Shown: positions 17,801-26,983 of the stretch, in pieces
Position numbering within the stretch: position 1 is the stretch's first letter
How the letters are laid out: each line of letters opens with the position of its first letter
From: Staphylothermus hellenicus DSM 12710
GTDB lineage: Archaea > Thermoproteota > Thermoprotei_A > Sulfolobales > Desulfurococcaceae
NCBI RefSeq assembly: GCF_000092465.1
Contig: NC_014205.1
Location: 360,001-392,000, forward strand
Direction of reading: 5' to 3'
Length of the DNA stretch: 32,000 bases
Program-made: the position numbers and the translations under genes
The notes under the pieces: model-generated
The model's database searches: none
The model's input: the letters and a program-made list of their open reading frames with translations, nothing else
Told to the model about the DNA's origin: nothing

Positions 17801-17809
17801 TTTATTTTT
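17801..17809 (+). terminator. T-rich tract after the deaminase gene
   Basis: TTTATTTTT begins 9 nt after the stop codon. Confidence 0.35.
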
Positions 17810-18076
17810 CTCCTCTCTATTCTTTACTTTTATTTATACTTTTCATAAAATCTTATTATATTTTAAATAATTTTGACTCTGAACAATATATGTATTTTTT
17901 CTAATAATTTTAGAAAACAATATGGATCAGGTAGGGGGTTTTTCTATGATTATATAATCCTTTTTGATATAATATCATATTTAGTGTATAAAATATATTT
18001 TTCAGATTTTTGAAAAGCTTATTGAGTATAAATAACTGATTAACACTGCACCAATAAATTTTAATTTGGGTAATTA

Positions 18077-18088
18077 TTTATTTATATA
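18077..18088 (+). promoter_or_regulatory. TATA box (TTTATTTATATA) for the 56-aa gene
   Basis: Strong archaeal TATA-like element ~40 nt upstream of ATG 18128. GGTGA SD at 18117-18121. Confidence 0.5.
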
Positions 18089-18127
18089 GTAGAAGAAAAT
18101 GTAATAGGGATAAATGGGTGAGATGAA

Positions 18128-18298
18128 ATGGCCGAGAAGCTAAAGTTCTTCGACCTAAAAGCAAAGAAGTACTTCGAAACAGACAAGTATGAGGTAATAA
18201 TAAAGGAGACTAAAAGAGGCAAAATAAAGATTGCATTCGCAGTAAGCCCCTACACCGGTAAGAGGTTCGCTAGAATACTTGGACCAGTTAAGGAGTAA
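18128..18298 (+). CDS. small basic protein (56 aa), Cren7/Sul7-like SH3-barrel chromatin protein candidate; below the ORF-track size cutoff
   Basis: MAEKLKFFDLKAKKYFETDKYEVIIKETKRGKIKIAFAVSPYTGKRFARILGPVKE. Its segment RGKIKIAFAVSPYTGKRFARIL parallels the Cren7 pattern [21 protein letters not shown] as I recall it. TATA box, GGTGA-N6-ATG and a downstream oligo-T tract are all present. Confidence 0.6.
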   Translation: MAEKLKFFDLKAKKYFETDKYEVIIKETKRGKIKIAFAVSPYTGKRFARILGPVKE

Positions 18299-18320
18299 AG
18301 AGGAATTAATTAAAGAATAA

Positions 18321-18337
18321 TTTATTTTTTGATTTTT
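18321..18337 (+). terminator. oligo-T terminator (TTTATTTTTTGATTTTT)
   Basis: T-rich tract 23 nt after the stop of the 56-aa gene. Confidence 0.45.
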
Positions 18338-18356
18338 CACATCGCTATAATTCTTT

Positions 18357-19634
18357 CTATGTCCCAGTACATACTTCCTCTACTGGTTGGTTCTTTAATG
18401 CTTCTTTCAACTGTATAATCTTGTTTAGAGAATCTATGAAGTAGTCTATTTCTTCTTTTGTATTGTATATGTAATAGCTTGCTCTAACTGTTCCTTTAAG
18501 GCCTAGTCTGTAATGGAGAGGATGGGCGCAGTGCATACCTGTTCTAACAGCTATGCCGAAAAGGTCTAGTGCTTTTCCAACTGTGTGGTGGTGTAGGTCT
18601 CTTATATTGAATGCTATAACTCCTCCCCGATCAAGAGGGTTCTTGGGACCATATACTATAATTTCCTCTCCTAATTCCTCGAAGCGTTTAAGAGTGTATT
18701 CTACTAATTCTTTTTCATGTTGCCTAACATTCTCCATCCCTATTTTCATCAAGTATTTTGCTGCTTCAGCTAATCCTATTCCGCCAGCAATATTTGGGGT
18801 TCCAGCCTCGAATCTCCAAGGTAGATCATGCCATACAACATTATCTAGTGTAACATCCTTAATTGTGTCTCCACCAACCTTGAACGGCATCATTTCCTCT
18901 AAACGGTCCCTTCTACCCCATAATACACCGGTACCGGTTGGTCCAAGCATTTTGTGCCCGCTGAATCCTAGGAAATCTATACCCATATCTCTAACGTTTG
19001 TTGGTGTATGGGGGACGCTTTGTGCTCCATCAGCAACGACTATTGCGTCCACCTCGTGTGCTAGTTTCACAATTCTCTTTACATCATTTATTGTTCCAAG
19101 AACATTGCTCATAACTGGGAAAACAACTACACGTGTTTTATCAGAGATCTTGTTTTCTAAATCATTATAATCTAGATATCCATCACTAGTTATATCTACA
19201 TATTTGATCCTTGCATTCTTCATTTTCGCAACGTTTCTCCAGGGAAGCATTGTGCTGTGGTGATCCATAATGGTCAATAATATTTCATCTCCTTCACGGA
19301 GATTCTTTAATCCCCAAGCATAAGCCACGATATTCATAGCATCTGTTGTATTATAACAAAATACTATTTCATCCCAGGAATAAGCATTGATAAACTTAGC
19401 AATGACTTCGTGTGCTTTCTCATATAGTTCGCTGGCTTCTTGGCTCAACGTGTGTAGTCCGCGATGAATATTAGCATTATATTTTGTATAGAATTCCACA
19501 ATAGAATTTATAACTTGTATGGGTTTCTGAGTAGTTGCAGCATTATCAAAATATACTATTCTCCTACCCCTTATAGTTCTATTTAATATTGGAAAATCCT
19601 TCCTAATCTCCTCTACATTGATCAAGGCAGACAC
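18357..19634 (-). CDS. sufS: cysteine desulfurase, SufS/CsdA-like class V aminotransferase
   Basis: PLP-lysine region FSGHKMLGPTGTGVLWG. Active-site Cys loop RTGMHCAHPL. GTG start. Confidence 0.85.
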   Translation of the reverse strand: MSALINVEEIRKDFPILNRTIRGRRIVYFDNAATTQKPIQVINSIVEFYTKYNANIHRGLHTLSQEASELYEKAHEVIAKFINAYSWDEIVFCYNTTDAMNIVAYAWGLKNLREGDEILLTIMDHHSTMLPWRNVAKMKNARIKYVDITSDGYLDYNDLENKISDKTRVVVFPVMSNVLGTINDVKRIVKLAHEVDAIVVADGAQSVPHTPTNVRDMGIDFLGFSGHKMLGPTGTGVLWGRRDRLEEMMPFKVGGDTIKDVTLDNVVWHDLPWRFEAGTPNIAGGIGLAEAAKYLMKIGMENVRQHEKELVEYTLKRFEELGEEIIVYGPKNPLDRGGVIAFNIRDLHHHTVGKALDLFGIAVRTGMHCAHPLHYRLGLKGTVRASYYIYNTKEEIDYFIDSLNKIIQLKEALKNQPVEEVCTGT

Positions 19635-19757
19635 CGCTAAGTAATTATGAGATTATTCAAAAATAAACTATAACCTAATTATTTCAGGAATACAAGTTTT
19701 ATGGAGAAAAATCTATTATCATAATATAATTATATATGAATATTGGTGATAGTTCTA

Positions 19758-20180
19758 ATGTTTAAACTGAAAAATATACATGTTTTCAGGATCCCTTCTG
19801 GAGAAGAAATAGTTTCATATATTAATGAATATGCTGAAAAACACGGTATTGAAGCAGGAATGCTGAGCATTATTGGGTCGCTTGAAAACGTTGAGATAGG
19901 CTACTATGATCGTGGATTAAACAAATATGTAGCAAAAACTTTTCCGGGAACATATGAGCTTGTATCAGGAAATGGAAATATTAGTTTGAAAGAGGGAAAA
20001 CCAATGGCTCACATACACGTAGTTATAGGTGATCGAAACTATAACGCTCACGCGGGCCACTTAGTAAAAGCAACTGTATATGTTGCTGAAGTAGTTATCT
20101 TAGAGTTTGAAGGCGATAAAAAACTTGTTCGAGAACATATGGGTGGGGATCTCTGGTTATGGAGAACCAGTGAAGAATAA
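19758..20180 (+). CDS. PPC (DUF296) domain protein
   Basis: Pattern FRIPSGEEIVSYINEYA...SIIGSLENV...HIHVVIGD...GHL is typical of PPC/DUF296. The ORF opens at TTG 19743, with ATG at 19758. Confidence 0.65.
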   Translation: MFKLKNIHVFRIPSGEEIVSYINEYAEKHGIEAGMLSIIGSLENVEIGYYDRGLNKYVAKTFPGTYELVSGNGNISLKEGKPMAHIHVVIGDRNYNAHAGHLVKATVYVAEVVILEFEGDKKLVREHMGGDLWLWRTSEE

Positions 20181-20210
20181 GATTTCATGAACACATGTTT
20201 TTCCATAATA

Positions 20211-21011
20211 TTATTTCTCCAATAAGTTCTTCAATACATAGTCAGCTAGAACTCTTCCCTGAGGTATCCAAGCATTTGTCTCAACAGCGTGTTCTACTAT
20301 TTTATCCAATATATTTATTCTAGCCCCCCTACCAATGCATTGTGGATGCATAGTTATCGATACATATCCATGGTTTTGACTAGCATATTCTATTTCATCA
20401 ATCCACATATCCAGCAGTTCTCTAGGTGTTAGGGTTCTATAGTATTCTAGGTAGGGCCAATCATCAAGTCTCCAATCCACCGGCAACTCTACGAGGAAGT
20501 GATTGTTTCTCTCAATAATGTATGGGTACTCATCATCCATTAAGCTACTATCATATTTAAATCCATGCTTGAATAGTAGGGATAATGTGTTCTTACTAAA
20601 TCTCCAGTATGGAGCTCTGAAACCAATTGGCTTATGGTTTGTAAATGTCTCTATTGATTCAATCATTCTCTTAAACAATTGATCCTCATAGTATATGTCT
20701 TTGAACTCATCAAATCTCTCATGAATATATCCATGAGCAGCTATTTCGTGGCCATCATCGACTAGAACCTTTACTATTTGAGGATATGTTGCAGCAACCC
20801 ATCCAGGAACAAAAAACGTTGTTTTTAAACCATACTTGTTTAAGACATTTAAAACCTTGCCCAGCCCCCTCCTAACACTGAATCTTCCCCTACTCAAAGC
20901 AACTGGGTCGCTTCCCCTATACTGCTCTGCTGAATCAACATCTAGGTCGAAGCTTAGAAATAATACATACTCGTATCCATTAGGAGGCTTAAACTCTACT
21001 TGTTGGCTCAA
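20211..21011 (-). CDS. polysaccharide deacetylase family protein (NodB-homology/PuuE-like), no signal peptide
   Basis: LSFDLDVDS and AAHGYIHE (HxxxH) motifs in an ~265-aa protein. TTG start. Confidence 0.65.
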   Translation of the reverse strand: MSQQVEFKPPNGYEYVLFLSFDLDVDSAEQYRGSDPVALSRGRFSVRRGLGKVLNVLNKYGLKTTFFVPGWVAATYPQIVKVLVDDGHEIAAHGYIHERFDEFKDIYYEDQLFKRMIESIETFTNHKPIGFRAPYWRFSKNTLSLLFKHGFKYDSSLMDDEYPYIIERNNHFLVELPVDWRLDDWPYLEYYRTLTPRELLDMWIDEIEYASQNHGYVSITMHPQCIGRGARINILDKIVEHAVETNAWIPQGRVLADYVLKNLLEK

Positions 21012-21143
21012 CTCTTATGCATCTCCATAGGATTTCTCCTATTTAATCTATTAAGTTGTTTGATAACATAAATATTTTAGAAACGATAAAGCTGAAACAT
21101 CTATGTGATCAATGATTTGATGTCTAGATAGGTGTGACTGTTC

Positions 21144-22493
21144 TTGGCAAGACTTGATCTTGAGAAGGAAATGGTGTTGGCACTAGTTGAGGCTGTTAGG
21201 CTTTCTGAGAGGATTAAGCCTAGCCAGGATGCTAAACGTAGAGCTTTTAGGAAGTATGGTATTTTGGGTTCTAAAAGGGATCCATTGGTTACTGCAGTAT
21301 TTTATGGTGTTATGAAGAGGCTCGGTATTCTAGACCTGTATATTCGCAGCATTGTTGGTGTGAACCCATACATTATTGATCCATGGCTTAGAGCTGCTTT
21401 GAGGGTTTTGTTGGAGATTAAAGTTTACCGTGACCCCTCACGTAGAACGTTGAGGTATCTGCGCGGCTCTGTAGCTAAGTTGTTATCCTCTAAGACCCAC
21501 CCATTTGTCGGCATGTACTATGCGAGAATATATGATAAAATAATAAATGAAAACTATGTGTTTAAACCTAGAAACGAGGACGAAGAATTACTGGTTAAAT
21601 ATATGCTTCCACCATGGTATGTTAGGAAAATAATAGGATTATTGGGGAATGTTGAGGCTGAGAAACTATTTAAAGCATTAGATAAGCAATTGCCGCTCTC
21701 TGTTAGAGTGAATACTTTAAAAACAGGTGTTGAAGAAGTATTGGAGATTCTTAGAAGAGAGGTTAAATGGGTTAGGAGATCAAGTATTGTATCAACAATA
21801 ATCAAATTTCCCGGACCATATAATTTTGATAAATCAGATTTGTTTAGGAAAGGCTACATAGTTATACAGGAGGAAGCAGCTGCTGTTGCATCCCTAATAC
21901 TAGACCCAAAACCTGGTATGACTGTTGTAGATATGGCGGCTGCTCCTGGAGGGAAGACCCAGCATATTGCGGAGCTAATGGGTAATGAGGGGGTTATTTA
22001 TGCATTTGATGTTGATAAGAAAAGAATTGATAGGATGCAGGGTATTCTCCGCAGAACAGGTGTAAGGATCGCTAAAATATATAGGGAAGACTCGAGGAAA
22101 GCACCGGAAATACTTGGGGAGAAAATAGCTGATAGAGTCCTCTTAGATGCTCCATGCAGTAGTGATGGAACAATAATGAAAAACCCCGATCTAAGATGGA
22201 GGCTTAGAGAAGAGAAAATAGCTGAGCTCCAAAAACTCCAGTACGAAATGCTTGAAGCTGGCTGGAAACTTTTAAAGCCCGGCGGAAAACTACTTTACTG
22301 CACATGTAGTATGTTGTTGGAAGAGAACGAGCATATTATTGAAAAATTCCTTAGAAAACACCGTGACGCAGAAATAATCCCCCTCAATAAACCATATGAT
22401 CCAGGCTTTCTACCTGGAACAATGAGGGCCTGGCCTCACCGACATGAAACAATAGGCTTCTTCTATGCTTTATTAAAGAAAAAGAGCGGCTAA
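21144..22493 (+). CDS. RNA m5C methyltransferase, NOL1/NOP2/Sun (RsmB/Trm4-like) family
   Basis: SAM motif DMAAAPGGKT, catalytic DAPCSSDGT and LLYCTCS motifs, and an N-terminal NusB-like region. TTG 21144, or ATG 21171. Confidence 0.85.
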   Translation: MARLDLEKEMVLALVEAVRLSERIKPSQDAKRRAFRKYGILGSKRDPLVTAVFYGVMKRLGILDLYIRSIVGVNPYIIDPWLRAALRVLLEIKVYRDPSRRTLRYLRGSVAKLLSSKTHPFVGMYYARIYDKIINENYVFKPRNEDEELLVKYMLPPWYVRKIIGLLGNVEAEKLFKALDKQLPLSVRVNTLKTGVEEVLEILRREVKWVRRSSIVSTIIKFPGPYNFDKSDLFRKGYIVIQEEAAAVASLILDPKPGMTVVDMAAAPGGKTQHIAELMGNEGVIYAFDVDKKRIDRMQGILRRTGVRIAKIYREDSRKAPEILGEKIADRVLLDAPCSSDGTIMKNPDLRWRLREEKIAELQKLQYEMLEAGWKLLKPGGKLLYCTCSMLLEENEHIIEKFLRKHRDAEIIPLNKPYDPGFLPGTMRAWPHRHETIGFFYALLKKKSG

Positions 22494-22508
22494 AAATTTC
22501 GCCACAGT

Positions 22509-22943
22509 CTACTTTAAAGATAATAATATACTAGCCAAAACCGCTAACACTATGCCTATACCCTGATAAACACTTATCTTCTCCCTTAAAACAATCAATG
22601 CAATAACAGCTGTAATTGCTGGATACAACGCAGTCAAGGGGATCACAACACTAGCCTTACCATGCTCCAACGCTTTAACAAAGAAAACATATCCAGCACC
22701 ACCGAAAAACCCGGCTAAAAAAGCCAGTGCAGAATAAGTATTTAGAGAGGGAAGCCTTAACCCATGAATAGAAACAACAAACAACATAAGAATAAAACTA
22801 GACAAACTACTCAAAAAATACGTTTCAACCCAAGATAAATTAGAATAAGCCAATTTAAGAACAAAACCCCACAAACCCCAAAACAACAAACACAAAACAC
22901 TATAAACCAACCACCCCTCCATACCATACCTCACCACACACAA
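22509..22943 (-). CDS. small EamA/DMT-like membrane protein
   Basis: 144 aa with 4-5 predicted TM helices and single EamA-like half-transporter size. Start ambiguous (TTG 22943, GTG 22937, ATG 22922). Confidence 0.55.
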   Translation of the reverse strand: MCVVRYGMEGWLVYSVLCLLFWGLWGFVLKLAYSNLSWVETYFLSSLSSFILMLFVVSIHGLRLPSLNTYSALAFLAGFFGGAGYVFFVKALEHGKASVVIPLTALYPAITAVIALIVLREKISVYQGIGIVLAVLASILLSLK

Positions 22944-23093
22944 TCACCTAACAATAAAAATCAACAAAACAACTTAAAAAACACAACCAAAAACAATGAT
23001 AAATATGTCTTATCATCCACTATATCACTGAAACAATTACATTCCATATATTCCTTTCAATTTCATTTTTGTAGCGGAGATTTGCGGGGAACG

Positions 23094-23168
23094 CGGGCCC
23101 GCCGGGATTTGAACCCGGGATCTCCGGCTCCGGAGGCCGGCGCCCTATCCAGGCTAGGCTACGGGCCC
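23094..23168 (-). tRNA. tRNA-Arg (anticodon CCG)
   Basis: Manual cloverleaf: acceptor GGGCCCG/CGGGCCC, D-stem GCCT/GGGC, anticodon stem CCGGC/GCCGG with loop CUCCGGA, T-arm CCGGG-TTCAAAT-CCCGG, discriminator G. No encoded CCA. 75 nt. Confidence 0.95.
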
Positions 23169-23347
23169 ACATAATTAGTTATTATAATACTAGGATTTAT
23201 TGTCTATATTGTTTTGCTGGAATCACTTCTACTTAGTCTCCGCTTATTTTTAATTTGTCTCCTCTAATAGAGTGTTTTTACGGGGTTTCATATATTATTT
23301 CTCCATAACATATATCTTTGTTCTAATGCTTGTTTTCCTATTATTTT

Positions 23348-24241
23348 CTATATTATTTGTATTAGTATTATTGCTGCGATTATGATTAGTGATGTTAGTG
23401 TCAGTATTAGTGTTATGCTGGCTACTAGTTCTGGTTTCCAATTGTATACTTTTGCTATTACTGTGTTCATTACTGCTGGGGGCATTATTGAGAGGATCAT
23501 TATTTCTTTCCAGTATAGATTGGGGATTGTGAGGAATAATAGTATTGTATAGTGTATTAGTGGGCTTGCCAGGAATCTCCATAATCCTGTGATGTATAAT
23601 GCTTTCATGTATTGTTTCACATGGGCTAGTGTGAGTGGTAATGTGTATCCTAATACATATACTGCGCTGTAGCTTAGAAGACTATGCGTATAAGCTGTAA
23701 TAGGTGTTAATACCTGGTATTGTTCATATATTGTATAATGTATAATTGTTCCAGCTATAAAACCATAAATTACCGGTATTTCAAGAATAGATACCAAAAT
23801 ATTTTCCCTTCTAGCAGCAAGTAATCCAGCAATAGTTATGTGTAGAATGAAAATAACTAAACTATACATTGCAGCTGCGGATATATCATTAAACATTATT
23901 AGCAGCACGGGGAATCCAAGGAAGACATTGTTCTGGAAAATACTAGTGATTACTACTGAGTTTCTAAGCTCATGATCATGGTTTAAAGGTATTTTTAAGA
24001 GAACCACTACGCTGATCACTACATAAATGAATGCTGTTAACGCTATATTGATATCTGCTAATTCAACGCCTCTACTCGCAAATGTATCTAGGAAAACAAT
24101 TGGTAACAATATATAGTAGATGAACTTGTTTAAAGCATTCATAAATGAATTAAATAATTTATTATTACCCATTAAAACCCGGGATAATACTCCTAAACCT
24201 ATAAATCCAAATAGGAGAAACACAGTAGTAAGCGGGTCCAT
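23348..24241 (-). CDS. AEC (auxin efflux carrier) family permease
   Basis: ~10 TM helices. The N-terminus FLLFGFIGLGVLSRV and overall layout are typical of Mem_trans/AEC. Confidence 0.65.
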   Translation of the reverse strand: MDPLTTVFLLFGFIGLGVLSRVLMGNNKLFNSFMNALNKFIYYILLPIVFLDTFASRGVELADINIALTAFIYVVISVVVLLKIPLNHDHELRNSVVITSIFQNNVFLGFPVLLIMFNDISAAAMYSLVIFILHITIAGLLAARRENILVSILEIPVIYGFIAGTIIHYTIYEQYQVLTPITAYTHSLLSYSAVYVLGYTLPLTLAHVKQYMKALYITGLWRFLASPLIHYTILLFLTIPNLYWKEIMILSIMPPAVMNTVIAKVYNWKPELVASITLILTLTSLIIIAAIILIQII

Positions 24242-24263
24242 ATAAAATGCTCCTCTGAACCTA

Positions 24264-24989
24264 TTACTTGATTTCTACTAGTTTTAGTTCGTCTCCTCCC
24301 CACAAAGTGATCTTTTCAGGGGTCTCATATACTACTCCACCACTGGTATCCAGAACCCTTATAATGGCCTCCATTGGTAGTTCATCAAATAATACTTTCA
24401 CACCACATATACCCCCTCTAGAAATACATATCTTCTTATTTCCACCACTAGGCAATACTTCCACTGTGTAGTCTTCTGGAACTCCTTCGAAGAACACCTT
24501 ATCACTCATTACATGGTAAAACTTATCCTTAGGAATAACTCCTGCTTCTCCTTCTCGGGGAATCCATCCAAGAACTGCTTGTGCAAAAGCGTATCTGTTA
24601 TAGAAATAATATTTCAACCTATGATAACCCTTGCTGAGAGGAATAGGTTCACTAACATATGTAGTGGGCGGTTGGTCCTTCCAAGCATCAATTAATAGTT
24701 TTCCATCAATCCATACACGACTACCATCATCAGTTGTAACATAGAATCTATAAACACCTGGTTTATCAATATATATGAAGCCTAGCCACGCAACTGCAAA
24801 GAATTCTGCTGGGACGCCTGGTGCTGGATTACTCCACCAGGTATAGTTTATCCATGGAGAAACATCTTCTCTAATAGGTTTAAGTAATAATAGATCATCC
24901 GGTGGATTAGAGCCTTCCCAACGATAATAGAGAGTCTTCAGCCCCCTTAACAACCCCTCCTTAGTCTTGATCAGTGCGAATCTTCCCAT
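24264..24989 (-). CDS. PA14-domain protein without signal peptide
   Basis: FFAVAWLGFIYIDKPGVYRFYVTTDDGSRVWIDGKLLIDAW matches the PA14 core pattern. ATG at 24989 (MGRFALIK). The ORF-track TTG extension to 25058 is probably not translated. Confidence 0.7.
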   Translation of the reverse strand: MGRFALIKTKEGLLRGLKTLYYRWEGSNPPDDLLLLKPIREDVSPWINYTWWSNPAPGVPAEFFAVAWLGFIYIDKPGVYRFYVTTDDGSRVWIDGKLLIDAWKDQPPTTYVSEPIPLSKGYHRLKYYFYNRYAFAQAVLGWIPREGEAGVIPKDKFYHVMSDKVFFEGVPEDYTVEVLPSGGNKKICISRGGICGVKVLFDELPMEAIIRVLDTSGGVVYETPEKITLWGGDELKLVEIK

Positions 24990-25083
24990 AAAACCACCAT
25001 TTACTTGTTCAAATACAATATATAATCGGCTATAAGTATTTAAACAATCATTACACAAAAAGAACCCGTGGAGTCTACGCGGT

Positions 25084-25422
25084 TTGAAACGTAAAATAGT
25101 GTTTGAAGTAATAATAGATAATGATTCCGCGAAGTGTATGGCAGAGTATCATCCTAGAGGATATATGAGGGCTAAACATGATCACCTAGATATCGGTCCT
25201 GAATGCAAGGTGCTCAACACATTATTCGTGTTGGCGAAGAATAGAGGTGTCTCATTGAAATGTCTAAACAGGAATGGGTGCTTATCAATTATTGTTCCTG
25301 AAATAAATTATGAAGCATTAATATGTATTCAAAATTACCGGGTTAAATGCAGGAATAGAATATACTTAATGATTACTCGGAGAGGAAACCTATATATTCC
25401 TGTAACACTCATTAAGGCCTAG
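25084..25422 (+). CDS. hypothetical protein (doubtful)
   Basis: 112-aa ORF opening at TTG with no motif. Kept only because it fills an otherwise empty 450-nt gap. Confidence 0.3.
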   Translation: MKRKIVFEVIIDNDSAKCMAEYHPRGYMRAKHDHLDIGPECKVLNTLFVLAKNRGVSLKCLNRNGCLSIIVPEINYEALICIQNYRVKCRNRIYLMITRRGNLYIPVTLIKA

Positions 25423-25508
25423 GTAATAAGAAATATTGACTTGGAACTATATGTTTAAAACTATAATTCCTAGGTAGCCATAAATGTTTTCAAAAACATC
25501 AACATAAT

Positions 25509-26348
25509 ATGGAGAACAACTCTGTAATATTAAAACTTGTAAGAGGCGAGGCTATTATGGTAGTAATAAATGCTGGGCTGGTAAAGAAAATTGTAAATGA
25601 TAAACCTTTATTGAGGAAAGCATATGAGGCACTAATTAGTGATCCAGAGGTTCAAGCACTGTGGGATATGTCTAATATAATGGCTGTTAAGCGGCTGAAA
25701 TACAATGATCATGGCCCTGTCCATGCACAAATAGCTGCTGGCGCATCCCTTTATCTTTACCAACTACTACTCAATGCAGGAGTTGGGTCAACGCTTATCA
25801 GGGATAAAGTAGTAGATGATCCTGAGCAGGCATGGATTGTGCCACTATATGGAGCCCTACTACATGATATAGGTAATTCTATACATAGAGACCTGCATGA
25901 AAAATTAGGAGCATTGCTTGCTAAACCAATAATTGATAGAGCATTAGAGAAGATAATAGATGATCAAAGAACAAGGATAATGTTGAGACAAGAAATAATG
26001 CACAGTATATTCTGCACAGCATATGATGCTGTCTGCCTAACAGTTGAAGCAGGATGTGTTGGTGTTGGTGATGGCCTAGACATGGCTGAGGGAAGAGCCA
26101 GGGTTCCCTATCGTTTAGGAGGAATATCAATACATAGCGTCTCAGCGTTAAGCATTAAGAAGGTAGAAGTAGTGCCGGGAGAAAAAGTACCGATAAAGAT
26201 ACTGGTACACATGAGTGAGAGAGCAGGCATATTCCAAGTAGATGAGGTCTTGATGCCAAAGATAAAAACAACTCCTCTAAAAGACTATGTCGAAGTATAC
26301 GCTATCGTTAATGGAGAACCATTGAAAACGTATACGCCTAGGAAATAG
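25509..26348 (+). CDS. HD-domain metal-dependent phosphohydrolase
   Basis: HGPVHAQ ... LLHDIGNSIHRDLHE gives the H...HD...H signature. Alternative start at Met17 (25557). Confidence 0.7.
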   Translation: MENNSVILKLVRGEAIMVVINAGLVKKIVNDKPLLRKAYEALISDPEVQALWDMSNIMAVKRLKYNDHGPVHAQIAAGASLYLYQLLLNAGVGSTLIRDKVVDDPEQAWIVPLYGALLHDIGNSIHRDLHEKLGALLAKPIIDRALEKIIDDQRTRIMLRQEIMHSIFCTAYDAVCLTVEAGCVGVGDGLDMAEGRARVPYRLGGISIHSVSALSIKKVEVVPGEKVPIKILVHMSERAGIFQVDEVLMPKIKTTPLKDYVEVYAIVNGEPLKTYTPRK

Positions 26349-26407
26349 ATTAGAAGGTATAGATTTGTTTTCATGGGAATACCTGTTATCTTAGTAATTA
26401 AGAATGG

Positions 26408-26917
26408 TTATTCAGATTCTCCTACTAACTCGTATTTATAAACAGTTTTGCTGGGTTTGCATTGGAGTTCTTCAATACATGTATGTGGATCAAGAAAATA
26501 TAGTTCATTACAATCAGCTAAAACTTTAACTCTAGCTCTACTCGAGAAAAATATTTTCTTAGCCTTCAACTTATTGATTAATGCATGTTTTAGAAAAGTG
26601 GAAAATAATAGAGCATCATAAATAATTACTGGGTGTTTTCCACCTAGCAGATATGCTTCTCTAGCTTTTAGCTCATCTATAATGAGTGGGGTATTGTCGG
26701 TTTTTAATATAATATTTTCTCCTACAAGCTTCTTTATCCTACCCCCACCTATAACTAGTAGGTTTTTAGTTATCAATAGGTTTTTCACATTAACAAATCC
26801 TATAACTGTTAAATGTTTTGTATTTATATAGACGCTTTTAATACCTCCTATAACATGTGCTTCATCTAGTTCTAAATGATCCCTGTCTACATAGCCGATT
26901 AGGGATTTTATTCTCAA
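26408..26917 (-). CDS. hypothetical protein (169 aa)
   Basis: Intact ORF. N-terminal half has repetitive V/I-G beta-strand-like periodicity. No firm motif. Confidence 0.45.
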   Translation of the reverse strand: MRIKSLIGYVDRDHLELDEAHVIGGIKSVYINTKHLTVIGFVNVKNLLITKNLLVIGGGRIKKLVGENIILKTDNTPLIIDELKAREAYLLGGKHPVIIYDALLFSTFLKHALINKLKAKKIFFSSRARVKVLADCNELYFLDPHTCIEELQCKPSKTVYKYELVGESE

Positions 26918-26983
26918 ATTCTTCCTCCATAAAAATCCTATCTATTAAAGATATTAATGTTGTAGAGAGAATAAATCATTAAT

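Noticed and set aside
18155-18340. 61-aa minus-strand ORF in the ORF track
   Set aside because: It is antisense to the 56-aa + strand gene, which has a TATA box, an SD and a terminator. The minus-strand product is low-complexity and lacks expression signals.
18553-19170. Long antisense ORFs opposite well-supported genes. Examples: 18553-19170 opposite sufS, 12816-13337 opposite radical SAM, 16955-17365 opposite the deaminase, 3166-3543 and 3610-4089 opposite the thiolase, 1007-1375 opposite adk, 27268-27612, and 12264-12503.
   Set aside because: Each lies entirely within a gene with clear family motifs on the other strand. Their translations are Ser/Leu/Pro/Ile-rich low-complexity strings with no motifs, as expected from the reverse complement of purine-rich codons.
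23295-23582. 95-aa ORF overlapping the 3' end of the AEC permease gene in another frame
   Set aside because: Asn/Thr-rich low-complexity translation, fully explained as an alternative frame of the membrane-protein gene.
23094-26917. Possible integrated element next to tRNA-Arg (accessory-looking genes: AEC permease, PA14 protein, hypotheticals, HD protein)
   Set aside because: No integrase or recombinase gene, no direct repeat of the tRNA 3' half seen elsewhere in the window, and no obvious compositional break.
26408-26917. Repetitive V/I-G-rich N-terminal half (HVIGGIKSVYINTKHLTVIGFVNVKNLLITKNLLVIGGG) reminiscent of bactofilin-type beta-helix windings
   Set aside because: The periodicity is weak, I cannot count regular windings, and there are no flanking Pro-rich tails. 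The evidence is insufficient to call it without an HMM search.
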